Shown here: piece by piece, positions 47,471 through 56,386 of the stretch
Position numbering within the stretch: position 1 is the stretch's first letter
How the letters are laid out: each line of letters begins with the position of its first letter
Source of the DNA: Clostridiales bacterium UBA1740
GTDB lineage: Bacteria > Bacillota > Clostridia > Oscillospirales > CAG-272
Length of the DNA: 60,130 nt
Assembly: GCA_002315715.1 (NCBI GenBank)
Contig: DCHY01000035.1
Span: 1-60,130, forward strand
Direction of reading: 5' to 3'
The notes under the pieces: generated by a model
What the model was told of the DNA's origin: nothing
What the model saw: the letters and a program-made list of their open reading frames with translations, nothing else
Database searches by the model: none
Translations under genes and position numbers: made by a program

Positions 47471-48439
47471 TCAGAAACTCTTTTTTACTTCATCGTAAAC
47501 CTGCAAGGTTTCTTCGGTGACAGTCAAAAATGCCGACGCATCGCGCTTGCCGTTTACCATATCGCGAAAAGCCGCGACCTCGTAAATCATATTATTGGAA
47601 ACGTCCGAGGAATAAAGCACCTCCGGCGCGCCACCGCGCGGCGTGAAGGTGACGAAGGTCGGGGCGTTGACGGGGGCAAAGGTCAGTGCGCCGTCTTCGC
47701 CTTCGATGACCGACGGGGTGACGCTGCTTGTGATTTTCGAGTAGGTCACCGACACGGTAGTTTGCAAGTCCCCCGTGTGCATGAGAATGCTGCCGGCGGC
47801 GTGAAACCCGTTTGAAAGCGTCAAGGGAAGGGCAAGGACGTCTTTGGGTTTCCCGAACAGCGAAAGTGCCATATGCAAAGGATAAATGCCGATGTCGGCG
47901 AGGGCGTTGTTGCCGATTGCGGAATCGAAAGCGGGGAGAACCTCTCCGCGCCGAAAAGCGTCGTAGCGCGAGGAGTATTGATCGTATTCAAAACTGACGC
48001 GGCGAATCTTGCCGAGCTTCTTCATGGCGGCGCGGAGGACGTCGTACGCCGGGTCAAAATCGGGGCGCATCGCCTCAAGAAGCACCAGGCCCTTTGCCTG
48101 TGCCGCCGCTTTCATTTCGAGAAAATCGGCGGTGCTGTCGGCGATGATTTTTTCGCAAAGCACGTGCTTGCCGGCTTTGAGAGCGGCAATGGCAATCTCT
48201 TTGTGCGTGTAGTTCGGCGTGGCGATATACAGAGCGTCAAAACAGTCCAAAGACAGCGCCCCCATCAGATTGTCAAAACGGTTCTCAATACCGTATTTGT
48301 CGGCAAACGCGTCGGCGTGCGCCATCGTGCGCGAGAGCACGGCACTGACACAAACGCCGTCGGTTTTCGACACGGCATCGACGAAACGGTCGCTGATGAA
48401 GTTGGTTCCTATTACGGCAAAACGCAGTTGCTTTTCCAT
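47471..48439 (-). CDS. Gfo/Idh/MocA-family NAD(P)-dependent oxidoreductase
   Basis: N-terminal Rossmann LRFAVIGTNFISDRF and EKIIADS (EKP-like) motif. ATG at 48439 after AAGGAGAG. The long 5' ORF extension overlaps the GH78 gene and is not coding. Confidence 0.8.
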   Translation of the reverse strand: MEKQLRFAVIGTNFISDRFVDAVSKTDGVCVSAVLSRTMAHADAFADKYGIENRFDNLMGALSLDCFDALYIATPNYTHKEIAIAALKAGKHVLCEKIIADSTADFLEMKAAAQAKGLVLLEAMRPDFDPAYDVLRAAMKKLGKIRRVSFEYDQYSSRYDAFRRGEVLPAFDSAIGNNALADIGIYPLHMALSLFGKPKDVLALPLTLSNGFHAAGSILMHTGDLQTTVSVTYSKITSSVTPSVIEGEDGALTFAPVNAPTFVTFTPRGGAPEVLYSSDVSNNMIYEVAAFRDMVNGKRDASAFLTVTEETLQVYDEVKKSF

Positions 48440-48489
48440 CTTCTCTCCTTGGTAAGAAAGCCACCGAGTTTCGGTGGCTTTTTGGGTTT

Positions 48490-50787
48490 TTATCTCTTTT
48501 TGCAAAGAATAGTAGTCAAACCTACGGGCAATTCCTTGCCGTCGAAGTCCGAAATGTAATCGGCGGGGCAAACGAACTTGCCGTGCATTCCTGTGGGAAC
48601 GTTGACACAGACGCGGACGGCGTCGCCGTCTTTTTGCCAAGCCGTGTCGATTCTTGCCGGCTTTTTTTCTTCTCCGAGTTTGGCGATAAAGTAAGCGTCG
48701 GCACGGTCGAGCGCCGAAAGGAACGTCGGGCGAATTTCAAAGCTTGCCGTATCGGTGGCGGTTTCGTTCGGGCGAAGACCTGCGACGGCATACGTCATCC
48801 ATGCGAGAATATCGCCGAGTAAATGGTGGTTGTGGGAGATTTCTTCCACCCCGCCCCCCTGCGGGAAGTTTTCGAGCAGCGTCGTTGCCTCGGGATCCTT
48901 GAGCCACTGTCCGTAGCAACCGAACTTGCGCGAGGTGATAAGACGGAAGGCGAGTTCGTTCTCTCCGAATTTGTCAAGAACACGGAAGAGAAAACGAAGA
49001 CCGATCATGCCGCAGCGGCTGGTTTCCCCGTCTTTTTCGATGATGTCTTTGAGTTTGGCAAACGCCGCTTTTTCTTCCTCCGGCTCAAAAATGCCGACGT
49101 AAAGCGGAAATGCCTGGGCGGTTTGGCAGTTGCCTTTGACCGTCATGGTGTCAAAGTCGATGAGATTTTTGCGGATGGCAGTTTTCAAATCTTTCATATA
49201 GCCTTCCGCCTTTTCGGCTTTTTCGTCTTCGCCGACGGTGCGGAAGAGGTGTGCTGCGCGCTTGGCGTTGTAATAGGTCATGACGCTGTCGGTTACATCG
49301 AGCGGTGCCTTGATGGCGGTATTGTCTTTACCGTCGGGATCCATCCAGTCGCCAAGACCGATGGCAAGAAGCCCGCGTTCGTCGCGGCGCCCCATGACGT
49401 AGTCGAGGTATTTTTCAAATAGCGAAACGTTTTCTTTGATGATTTCTTTGTCGCCGTCCATTTGGAAAACGGCATAGGGCAGGCTGAAAATGACCGAGTC
49501 CCAGGTAGGACCGTTGCCCCATTCGTAACCCCAACCGCCGGTCGGCACGATGCCGGGAAGGGCGCCGTCGGCTCTTTGCGCGTTCTTGAGCGAGTGCATG
49601 TAAAAACGCAACGAATCGCCGCATTCCAACTGCAACATCATATGCTCCGCCGACATGGAGGCGTCGCCCGTCCAACCGTTTTTCTCACGGTGCGGGCAGT
49701 CCATCGGGAAGAAGACGAAGTTGGAAAGATCCGACCGACGTCCCATATCGTATAGACGGTTGAGGTCGGTGTCGGAGCAAGAAAACCGCCCGCGCTCCTT
49801 GTGGTCGGAGAATATTTCAAGGAAGGTAAAGGCGTCCGCCGTCGCCTGTTCGGGCAAAAGACCTTCCACAAACAGATACCGGAATCCGTCAAATTTGAAG
49901 TGAGGAAGCAGCGTTTCTTCGCCGCCCTTCAAAATGAAAACGTCGGTCTGCACCCAATGGATATAACCGTCAAAGACGTCGGGCTCCTTGTTGCGGTCGG
50001 GGAAAAAGCCGGTCGTGCGGGTGGTGAATTTGCCCTCTTGGAGCCATTCGCCGTGGCGCACGGTGATTTTTTGCCCGGGTTTTCCGTGAATATGCAACTC
50101 GGAAAGACCCGTCGAGTTGACGCCGAAATCATACACGTACACGTCGCGGCGTAGCGTTTCTTCAAAGGGTTCGGCACCGTCAAGGGTGGACTTGTAGCAA
50201 TAGGGAAGTTCGTCGAAATGCTCGATTTTGACAGGTTTAATTCGGGAGCGAACGCGCACGGGGGTAGCACCCGAGAGCAGTTTTTCACCCTTCGGTGCTT
50301 CCGTGAATTTCGCAGGTTTCCAGTCGGCGTCGTCAAAGCCGACGTTTGCCCAACCGTCAAGTTCCAAACGGGAGTCGTACACGTAGCCGAGACGCTCGTC
50401 GTTGAAGAGAATGGCAGAGTCGTGCGTCTTAAAACTCTCGTCCGCCTCAAAAGCGAGGGATTTGCCCTCACCCAAAGCCTCAAAAGACAGGGCAAGGCAC
50501 AAAGGTCCGCGGCAGGCGGCTTTGTCAAATTTCCAAACGAGACCGCCGACGTTGTTGCGGAAGCCGTCGCCGAGGATAAGACCGATACAGTTTTTGCCCT
50601 CTTTGAGATACGGGCAAAGGTCGTACTCGTCGTACACGACGACCTCGTCGAGGTTGGATACGTAGGGGGCAAGGGCACCCTTCGTGATATTTTCGCCGTT
50701 GAGATACAGCTCGTAAAAGCCGAGGCCCGTCACGGTCAAGACCGCTTTCGTCGGTTTGAAATCTACCGAGAATTCTTTGCGAAACAA
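48490..50787 (-). CDS. GH78 alpha-L-rhamnosidase-family glycoside hydrolase (start uncertain; possible 5' frameshift)
   Basis: FYELYLNGENITKG, catalytic-region motif MDCPHREKNGWTGDAS, six-hairpin C-terminal half, no signal peptide. The ORF as given starts at a TTG with no RBS (see findings). Confidence 0.75.
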   Translation of the reverse strand: MFRKEFSVDFKPTKAVLTVTGLGFYELYLNGENITKGALAPYVSNLDEVVVYDEYDLCPYLKEGKNCIGLILGDGFRNNVGGLVWKFDKAACRGPLCLALSFEALGEGKSLAFEADESFKTHDSAILFNDERLGYVYDSRLELDGWANVGFDDADWKPAKFTEAPKGEKLLSGATPVRVRSRIKPVKIEHFDELPYCYKSTLDGAEPFEETLRRDVYVYDFGVNSTGLSELHIHGKPGQKITVRHGEWLQEGKFTTRTTGFFPDRNKEPDVFDGYIHWVQTDVFILKGGEETLLPHFKFDGFRYLFVEGLLPEQATADAFTFLEIFSDHKERGRFSCSDTDLNRLYDMGRRSDLSNFVFFPMDCPHREKNGWTGDASMSAEHMMLQLECGDSLRFYMHSLKNAQRADGALPGIVPTGGWGYEWGNGPTWDSVIFSLPYAVFQMDGDKEIIKENVSLFEKYLDYVMGRRDERGLLAIGLGDWMDPDGKDNTAIKAPLDVTDSVMTYYNAKRAAHLFRTVGEDEKAEKAEGYMKDLKTAIRKNLIDFDTMTVKGNCQTAQAFPLYVGIFEPEEEKAAFAKLKDIIEKDGETSRCGMIGLRFLFRVLDKFGENELAFRLITSRKFGCYGQWLKDPEATTLLENFPQGGGVEEISHNHHLLGDILAWMTYAVAGLRPNETATDTASFEIRPTFLSALDRADAYFIAKLGEEKKPARIDTAWQKDGDAVRVCVNVPTGMHGKFVCPADYISDFDGKELPVGLTTILCKKR

Positions 50788-50887
50788 CGGCGCCGGAATC
50801 GGTTTTTCAAACGTGGAAAGGGCGTCGGTCGCTTTGATATTTGATAAAGGTATTTGATAACATCAATATTCTCTTTTCTATCGATCA

Positions 50888-52678
50888 TTAAAAGTGGCAA
50901 CTTCCGTCAAGGAACGACACCGTCATTTCTCTGCCGTCCGGCAGTTTTGCGGTGGCTTTTTCCTCCGAAAATGCCGAAACTGTAAACAATCCTTTGTATT
51001 TTTCGGGGCAAATCACATAGGCGTAAGCGTTGTCTGCCCTCGTAAGAGACAGAGTAAGAACATCTCCGACAAACTCGACTTCTTTTTCGGATTTGTTGTT
51101 TCTCTTGTAGGTTCCGCGCTTTTCTTCAATCGTATATGCGAGTTTTTCTCCGACCAACAGTTCATAGAGAACGCCGTTGTGAACGCAAGATTTAGAGTCC
51201 TCCGCGAGGGAAACGTCACCGCAAACGCGGCACTGTTCGGCGGTGGTGAAAAGAGCCTCGCCTTCGCTGTCAATAAAGTCACGGCCGAAGAGCACCGTGC
51301 CGAAGGGCGTTGCCATGGCGGCAAATTTGCCCGTGATCGACTCACGCTCGAAATCCATCACGATATAGCCGCAGTCGTCGAGTTTTCCGCAACCGAACGC
51401 TTTGCCCGAAACGGCGCGTTTTGTGAAATCGGGTTTGGCAAGCAACTCTTCGTCGGTTTCGTACCGCGCGGTCGTGCCGGGCATTCTTGCATAGTCCCAA
51501 AGCGGCGCGATATCGAAATATTCTCCGCCGTCTTTCATGACGGTCGTGTGCGTGCCGTAGGACAGGTTATAGCCGAGGATGCCTTCGTTGTTGCAAATTT
51601 CTTCATCCCAAAGGGAAGGATTCATACCGCGCACCGAGATATACGTGCCGTCGATATGCGAGGTGATGAACATCGCCTTTTCGAAGACGCGAACGCCCGT
51701 GACTGCCGAGCGGTTGTTTTTGAACGCTTCAAAGAAGGCTTGAATCTCGTCTTGACGCGGCATTTCGGGCACGCGGCTAAGCAGCGACAGCGCGTCGATA
51801 ATGTTGTAGTTTTTGCAGGTGTGATTGCCGGCACGGGTATATTCTCTTCCGATGGTGCAATAGTCCACGGTGTTGCCCTGGAACATGTACTGCGCGCCGT
51901 CGAGCAGCGGGAAAAGCAAGAGGTTCAGTTTCTCTTGTGAGAACTGAAACTCGGTGCCGCTCAAAATGAAAATCTGCTTGCTGAGGGTGTAAATAAAGTT
52001 CAAACCGTAACCGCAGGTATAAAGACGCGGCCCATGCTGGAAGAAACTGCCGTCCTCTTGCATACCTTCTCTGCCGAAGACGATTTCCTCGGAAGCGCGC
52101 GAAACGGCAAGTTTCAAAAGTGCCTCGTCTCCCGTCAAAACGGCGTAATACATCGTCACCATCGAGAACCACAAAAGGTTAGCGCCGGTCCAGTTTTTCA
52201 TCAGTGAGGGACGGGTTCCGAAAGAACCGCGGCCGAAGATTTCGAGATATTTTGCACGGCGACTCTCGTCGAGCGTGTCAAAGAGGAAAATGCCGATTTC
52301 GCCGAACTGCATCGGAATGCAAATCTCGTTATACCACCAGTTGGTCGACTGAAAATCGTTTTTGAGCCAATGGTCGAGCAGCGGCATCAAAATGGCATCG
52401 TAAACGTGTCGTTTTTCTTCGCCGTCCGCCGCCATCAAATACCACGCTTTCGCGAGCCAATACAGGCGGGCAAGGTGCGCCGTGCTCTGCCATTTGGATC
52501 TGTCCTGCGCGTTGTTGACGATATCGGGAAAAGCGAGGGCGTCCCCCTCTTTCACGTAGGGAAAATCGTCTTTCAGACCTGCCTCGACCGAGAAGTCCCC
52601 CGCCGGCCAAAAGCCGCCGAATTCTCCCGAAACGAAGGTGTCGGTCAGTCTTTTTTGTATGGTTTCCATAGATGACAT
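50888..52678 (-). CDS. Polysaccharide lyase family 8-like protein (no signal peptide)
   Basis: TNWWYNEICIP (compare PL8 NWWxYEIG) and DGSFFQHGPRLYTCGYG (PL8 catalytic His/Tyr context). GGAGGA 7 nt before the ATG at 52678. Confidence 0.6.
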   Translation of the reverse strand: MSSMETIQKRLTDTFVSGEFGGFWPAGDFSVEAGLKDDFPYVKEGDALAFPDIVNNAQDRSKWQSTAHLARLYWLAKAWYLMAADGEEKRHVYDAILMPLLDHWLKNDFQSTNWWYNEICIPMQFGEIGIFLFDTLDESRRAKYLEIFGRGSFGTRPSLMKNWTGANLLWFSMVTMYYAVLTGDEALLKLAVSRASEEIVFGREGMQEDGSFFQHGPRLYTCGYGLNFIYTLSKQIFILSGTEFQFSQEKLNLLLFPLLDGAQYMFQGNTVDYCTIGREYTRAGNHTCKNYNIIDALSLLSRVPEMPRQDEIQAFFEAFKNNRSAVTGVRVFEKAMFITSHIDGTYISVRGMNPSLWDEEICNNEGILGYNLSYGTHTTVMKDGGEYFDIAPLWDYARMPGTTARYETDEELLAKPDFTKRAVSGKAFGCGKLDDCGYIVMDFERESITGKFAAMATPFGTVLFGRDFIDSEGEALFTTAEQCRVCGDVSLAEDSKSCVHNGVLYELLVGEKLAYTIEEKRGTYKRNNKSEKEVEFVGDVLTLSLTRADNAYAYVICPEKYKGLFTVSAFSEEKATAKLPDGREMTVSFLDGSCHF

Positions 52679-52805
52679 TTGTCATTCCTCCGAAATGTAT
52701 TCATTAAGAGCAGTATAGCACACTCGCGCGCGAAAAACAAGGGAATTTTGTACTTCGCGAATGAAATACTGCATTGTGACAAGGAGACTCTTTGGCGGAT
52801 ATGCC

Positions 52806-52834
52806 TTGCAAAAAGCGGTGATTTGTGGTATAAT
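52806..52834 (+). promoter_or_regulatory. Sigma-A-type promoter with extended -10 (TTGCAA-17-TGGTATAAT) for ygiQ
   Basis: Read directly, 25 nt upstream of the ATG at 52859. Confidence 0.55.
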
Positions 52835-52858
52835 CGGCATAGAAAAAAGGAGTGGCGT

Positions 52859-55021
52859 ATGGAACAAACGGGATTTTTGCCAATCAATAGAAAAGAGTGC
52901 GAGGTGCGCGGATGGGACCGTCCCGACTTCGTTTACGTGACGGGTGACGCTTACGTCGATCACCCGTCTTTCGGCGTGGCGATCATCTCACGCGTGCTGG
53001 AGAGTCGCGGCTACAAAGTGGCGATTTTGGTGCAGCCCGATTTCAAAAGCGCCGACGCTTTCCGCGAGTTCGGCCGTCCGCGCCTCGGCTTTCTCGTTAC
53101 GGCAGGCAACATCGACTCCATGGTGGCGCATTACACCGCCGCCAAGCGCCGTCGCAGTTACGATTACTATTCCCCCGGCGGAAAAATGGGGCTTCGCCCC
53201 GACCGCGCCGTCATCGTCTACGCCAACCGCATCCGTGAGGCGTACGGCGACGTGCCGATCATCCTCGGAGGCCTTGAAGCCTCACTGCGGCGCTTTGCCC
53301 ACTACGACTATTGGGACGACAAAGTCCGCCGCTCGGTACTCGTCGACAGCCGCGCGGACATTTTGACCTACGGCATGGGCGAAAACATTTTGATTCGTCT
53401 TGCCGACCTTCTCGACCGCGGCATTCCCGTCAAGAAAATCCGCGACGTGAGAGGGACGGTGTATCTCTCCACCCCGGAAGAAAAGCCGCATTTTGAGGTT
53501 GCCGCGACCTTTGATTATAACCTTCTCAAGAGCGATAAGCGCGCCTACGCCGAGGCGTTCGGCATTCAGTATAAAAATCAAGACGCCATAAACGGCAAGG
53601 CGATTTGTGAACTTTACGACAACAAAATGCTGGTGCAAAACCCGCCGATGCCGCCTCTCGAGAGGGAGGAACTCGACGCCGTTTACGACCTGCCGTATAT
53701 GCGCACCTATCACCCGTCGTACGAGAAAGACGGCGGCGTTCCCGCCATCGAGGAGGTCCGTTTTTCCGTCACCCACAACCGCGGTTGCTTCGGCGGATGC
53801 AACTTCTGCGCCCTCGCATTTCACCAAGGACGCACCGTCCGCTCGCGCAGCATCGAGAGCGTCGTCAAAGAGGCAAAACGCATCACGGACATGGAAGATT
53901 TCAAGGGGTATATCCACGACGTCGGCGGTCCGACGGCGAACTTCCGCTATCCTGCCTGCGACAAGCAACTGAAAGACGGCGTTTGCGCCGGGCGCAAGTG
54001 CTTGGCGCCCACCCCCTGCAAAAATCTGAAGGTTGACCATTCGGAATATCTCGAACTCATCAAGCAAATCGAAGCCCTGCCGAAAGTCAAAAAAGTCTTC
54101 ATTCGCTCCGGCATTCGCTTTGATTATCTCATGCTCGATCCCGACAAATCCTTCTTCAAAAAACTTGTCAAAGACAACGTCTCGGGACAACTGAAAGTCG
54201 CCCCCGAACACTGTTCCGCCCCCGTCCTTCGCTGTATGGGAAAACCCGATTTTTCGGTTTACGAGGGGTTCCGACGGGAGTTTTTTGCCTTTTCGGAGGC
54301 TGCCGGTAAGGAACAGTACCTCGTTCCCTACCTCATGTCGAGCCATCCCGGCTCTACTCTCAAAGACGCCGTCAACCTCGCCCTTTGCCTCAAGCGTGAC
54401 CGCTACGCGCCGGAGCAGGTGCAGGATTATTACCCCACCCCCGGCACGGCGTCCACCGTCATGTATTATACGGGCATCAACCCCCTCGACGGCAAAGAGG
54501 TCTACGTCGTCACCGACTATCACGAAAAACTCTTGCAGCGGGCGCTTTTGCAGTTTAACCGCCCGGAAAACGCCGACCTCGTGCGCGAGGCGTTGAAGAA
54601 AGCCGGAAGAGAAGATCTCATCGGCTTTTCCGACGAATGCCTCGTCCGCCCGGCAGGCACAAGACCTCAAAAGCCCTCCGCCCCCACCAAAGCCACCCAT
54701 CAGGGGAAACCGGCATCCAACACCTCCGGCCGTTCCCGCCGTCTGTCCTCCGATAAGCCATACGCGACGGAAACGCCCCGCCGCACGGATATGAGATCAA
54801 AAGGAAAATCCGCCGCCCCAAAACCGACGGATAAAGCCCCGCGGAAAAAGAGCACATTCGGCGAAGAGTGGCGCCCGAAAGACCAAAAAGGGCACGCCGC
54901 CGCTAAGACACAGAAAGCCGCAAAACCCCAAAAAGGGCAGTCTTTCTACGGTCGTGAATCCTACGGCAAGGGCGCGCCTGTTGCAAAGCGTTCTCCGAAA
55001 AACAGCAGAAAAAGTAAATAA
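52859..55021 (+). CDS. ygiQ: YgiQ-family (UPF0313) radical SAM protein with a long basic low-complexity C-terminal tail
   Basis: MEQTGFLPINRKECEVRGWDRPDFVYVTGDAYVDHPSFG N-terminus and radical-SAM CFGGCNFC motif. The last ~125 aa are K/R/P/A-rich. Confidence 0.9.
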   Translation: MEQTGFLPINRKECEVRGWDRPDFVYVTGDAYVDHPSFGVAIISRVLESRGYKVAILVQPDFKSADAFREFGRPRLGFLVTAGNIDSMVAHYTAAKRRRSYDYYSPGGKMGLRPDRAVIVYANRIREAYGDVPIILGGLEASLRRFAHYDYWDDKVRRSVLVDSRADILTYGMGENILIRLADLLDRGIPVKKIRDVRGTVYLSTPEEKPHFEVAATFDYNLLKSDKRAYAEAFGIQYKNQDAINGKAICELYDNKMLVQNPPMPPLEREELDAVYDLPYMRTYHPSYEKDGGVPAIEEVRFSVTHNRGCFGGCNFCALAFHQGRTVRSRSIESVVKEAKRITDMEDFKGYIHDVGGPTANFRYPACDKQLKDGVCAGRKCLAPTPCKNLKVDHSEYLELIKQIEALPKVKKVFIRSGIRFDYLMLDPDKSFFKKLVKDNVSGQLKVAPEHCSAPVLRCMGKPDFSVYEGFRREFFAFSEAAGKEQYLVPYLMSSHPGSTLKDAVNLALCLKRDRYAPEQVQDYYPTPGTASTVMYYTGINPLDGKEVYVVTDYHEKLLQRALLQFNRPENADLVREALKKAGREDLIGFSDECLVRPAGTRPQKPSAPTKATHQGKPASNTSGRSRRLSSDKPYATETPRRTDMRSKGKSAAPKPTDKAPRKKSTFGEEWRPKDQKGHAAAKTQKAAKPQKGQSFYGRESYGKGAPVAKRSPKNSRKSK

Positions 55022-55050
55022 TACTTAGCAAAAAAACGCGCATTTTCGCA

Positions 55051-55086
55051 AGAAACAGCCCTTGGCATTTGCCAAGGGCTGTTTCT
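55051..55086. terminator. 16-bp perfect hairpin between convergent genes (bidirectional terminator candidate)
   Basis: AGAAACAGCCCTTGGC-ATTT-GCCAAGGGCTGTTTCT. Confidence 0.65.
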
Positions 55087-55095
55087 GTTATGGTG

Positions 55096-55617
55096 TTAAG
55101 ACGAGTGAGAACCGAACTTGTTGTTAGCCCATCCTCCTATGAGACCGTTTGCCTTTTCTTTGGATTCTTTGTCGGTGCGAAAAACGTCGTTTATCAAATC
55201 CTTTCCGTCTTGGAGAGAGATGAAACCTATGCCGTCAACGTCGGTGAACATTTCGAGAAGATAGAAAAACAATTCGCATTTTTTGTCGCCGGGGTATCTG
55301 CCTTCATTCTCGTTGCCGTCCTCTGCCGTCAAACGCAATTCCGTCGTGATGCCGTCATAGACGAAACCGAAAACGCTGCCGCCCGCGTAGATTTCTTCGG
55401 CAATCTCGATGATTTCTTTGGCGAAATTCGAGGGTATCTTTTTGTACACGCGACGCAGCGGCGTATCAAAATCGCCCCACGAAGAAAACCAAAACCTGCC
55501 GTCATCCCGCAGAATGATGCTTTGCTTGGATTCGTGCTCCTTGGAGAGCACGTGAAAAACGCCGTTGTGAACGGTGATTTTGAGTTTTCGGTACGACGGT
55601 TTTTGCGGCTTTTCCAT
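55096..55617 (-). CDS. Hypothetical protein (173 aa), co-oriented downstream of the alarmone-hydrolase-like gene
   Basis: ATG at 55617 is preceded by AAGGAG at 8-nt spacing. No family recognised (KLKITVHNGVFHVL...FWFSSWGDFDTP...). Confidence 0.55.
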   Translation of the reverse strand: MEKPQKPSYRKLKITVHNGVFHVLSKEHESKQSIILRDDGRFWFSSWGDFDTPLRRVYKKIPSNFAKEIIEIAEEIYAGGSVFGFVYDGITTELRLTAEDGNENEGRYPGDKKCELFFYLLEMFTDVDGIGFISLQDGKDLINDVFRTDKESKEKANGLIGGWANNKFGSHSS

Positions 55618-55662
55618 TTTGTTTTCTCCTTTTCTTGCCAAATGCTTTTCTTTTTGCTATAC

Positions 55663-56310
55663 TTAGGTATCGGCATGTTTCATCTTTTCTCTTGCCGCCT
55701 TTCCTTTTTCGAGGAAGTGATAGGTTTCTTCAATGGCGCGGAATTCGCGCAGGTATTTTTCCGCGCGCTTATGTTCTTTCTCTGTGAACGCCGTGAGGGT
55801 AAGAAGGTTGAGATTGTCCGACAGGTCCATCATTTTGACGAGCGACGCCGTCTCGTTTGCCAAGACTCTTTTGAAATAGTCTTCGTCGGCTTCTCCCTTT
55901 CGGTGGGTGATGGCGTCCAGGGGCGCCGCGACGGCCTCGATGAAAAAAATACCGTAGCCGTTGTCACGAAAAACCGAAAGAAGATTTTCCATCGTCACGT
56001 CGGTATCTTCGATGACGTCGTGCAAAAGACACACTTCGTCGGTTCCATAGAAGGGGATACCCACGTCGGTAAGGATGTCGGTATAAGCCTTTCCCGTAAC
56101 CGCACCGTCCGCGCCTATCAATTTGCGATAACGATCGGTGACGGCGTGCGGATGGCTAAAATACGGCTCGCCGTTTTGACGGGTTTGATTGCGGTGGGCA
56201 TACGCCGAGACAAAATAAGCGATTTGAATCGGCGAATCAAAATACGTCGATGACTCTTCGCTCTCATAGTTTTCGAGAACGAAATCGTAAAGTTTTTCTT
56301 GAAATTCCAT
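55663..56310 (-). CDS. Stand-alone RelA/SpoT-type HD hydrolase (small alarmone hydrolase-like)
   Basis: NGEPYFSHPHAV, LLHDVIEDTDVT and MMDLSDNLNL motifs match the (p)ppGpp hydrolase HD_4 pattern. 215 aa, no synthetase domain. AGGAGGG RBS. Confidence 0.75.
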   Translation of the reverse strand: MEFQEKLYDFVLENYESEESSTYFDSPIQIAYFVSAYAHRNQTRQNGEPYFSHPHAVTDRYRKLIGADGAVTGKAYTDILTDVGIPFYGTDEVCLLHDVIEDTDVTMENLLSVFRDNGYGIFFIEAVAAPLDAITHRKGEADEDYFKRVLANETASLVKMMDLSDNLNLLTLTAFTEKEHKRAEKYLREFRAIEETYHFLEKGKAAREKMKHADT

Positions 56311-56386
56311 AACGTCCCTCCTGACAATTCCATGATACCATAATAACGAGAGAAAGGGTCAATTGCCAATTGACTTTCGGTGTGTG

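Noticed and set aside
55096-55617. The 173-aa partner of the alarmone hydrolase as a toxic small alarmone synthetase (toxSAS).
   Set aside because: None of the RelA/SpoT synthetase motifs (for example an EVQIRT-like element or the G-loop) are visible in the translation, and the protein is shorter than known SAS domains.
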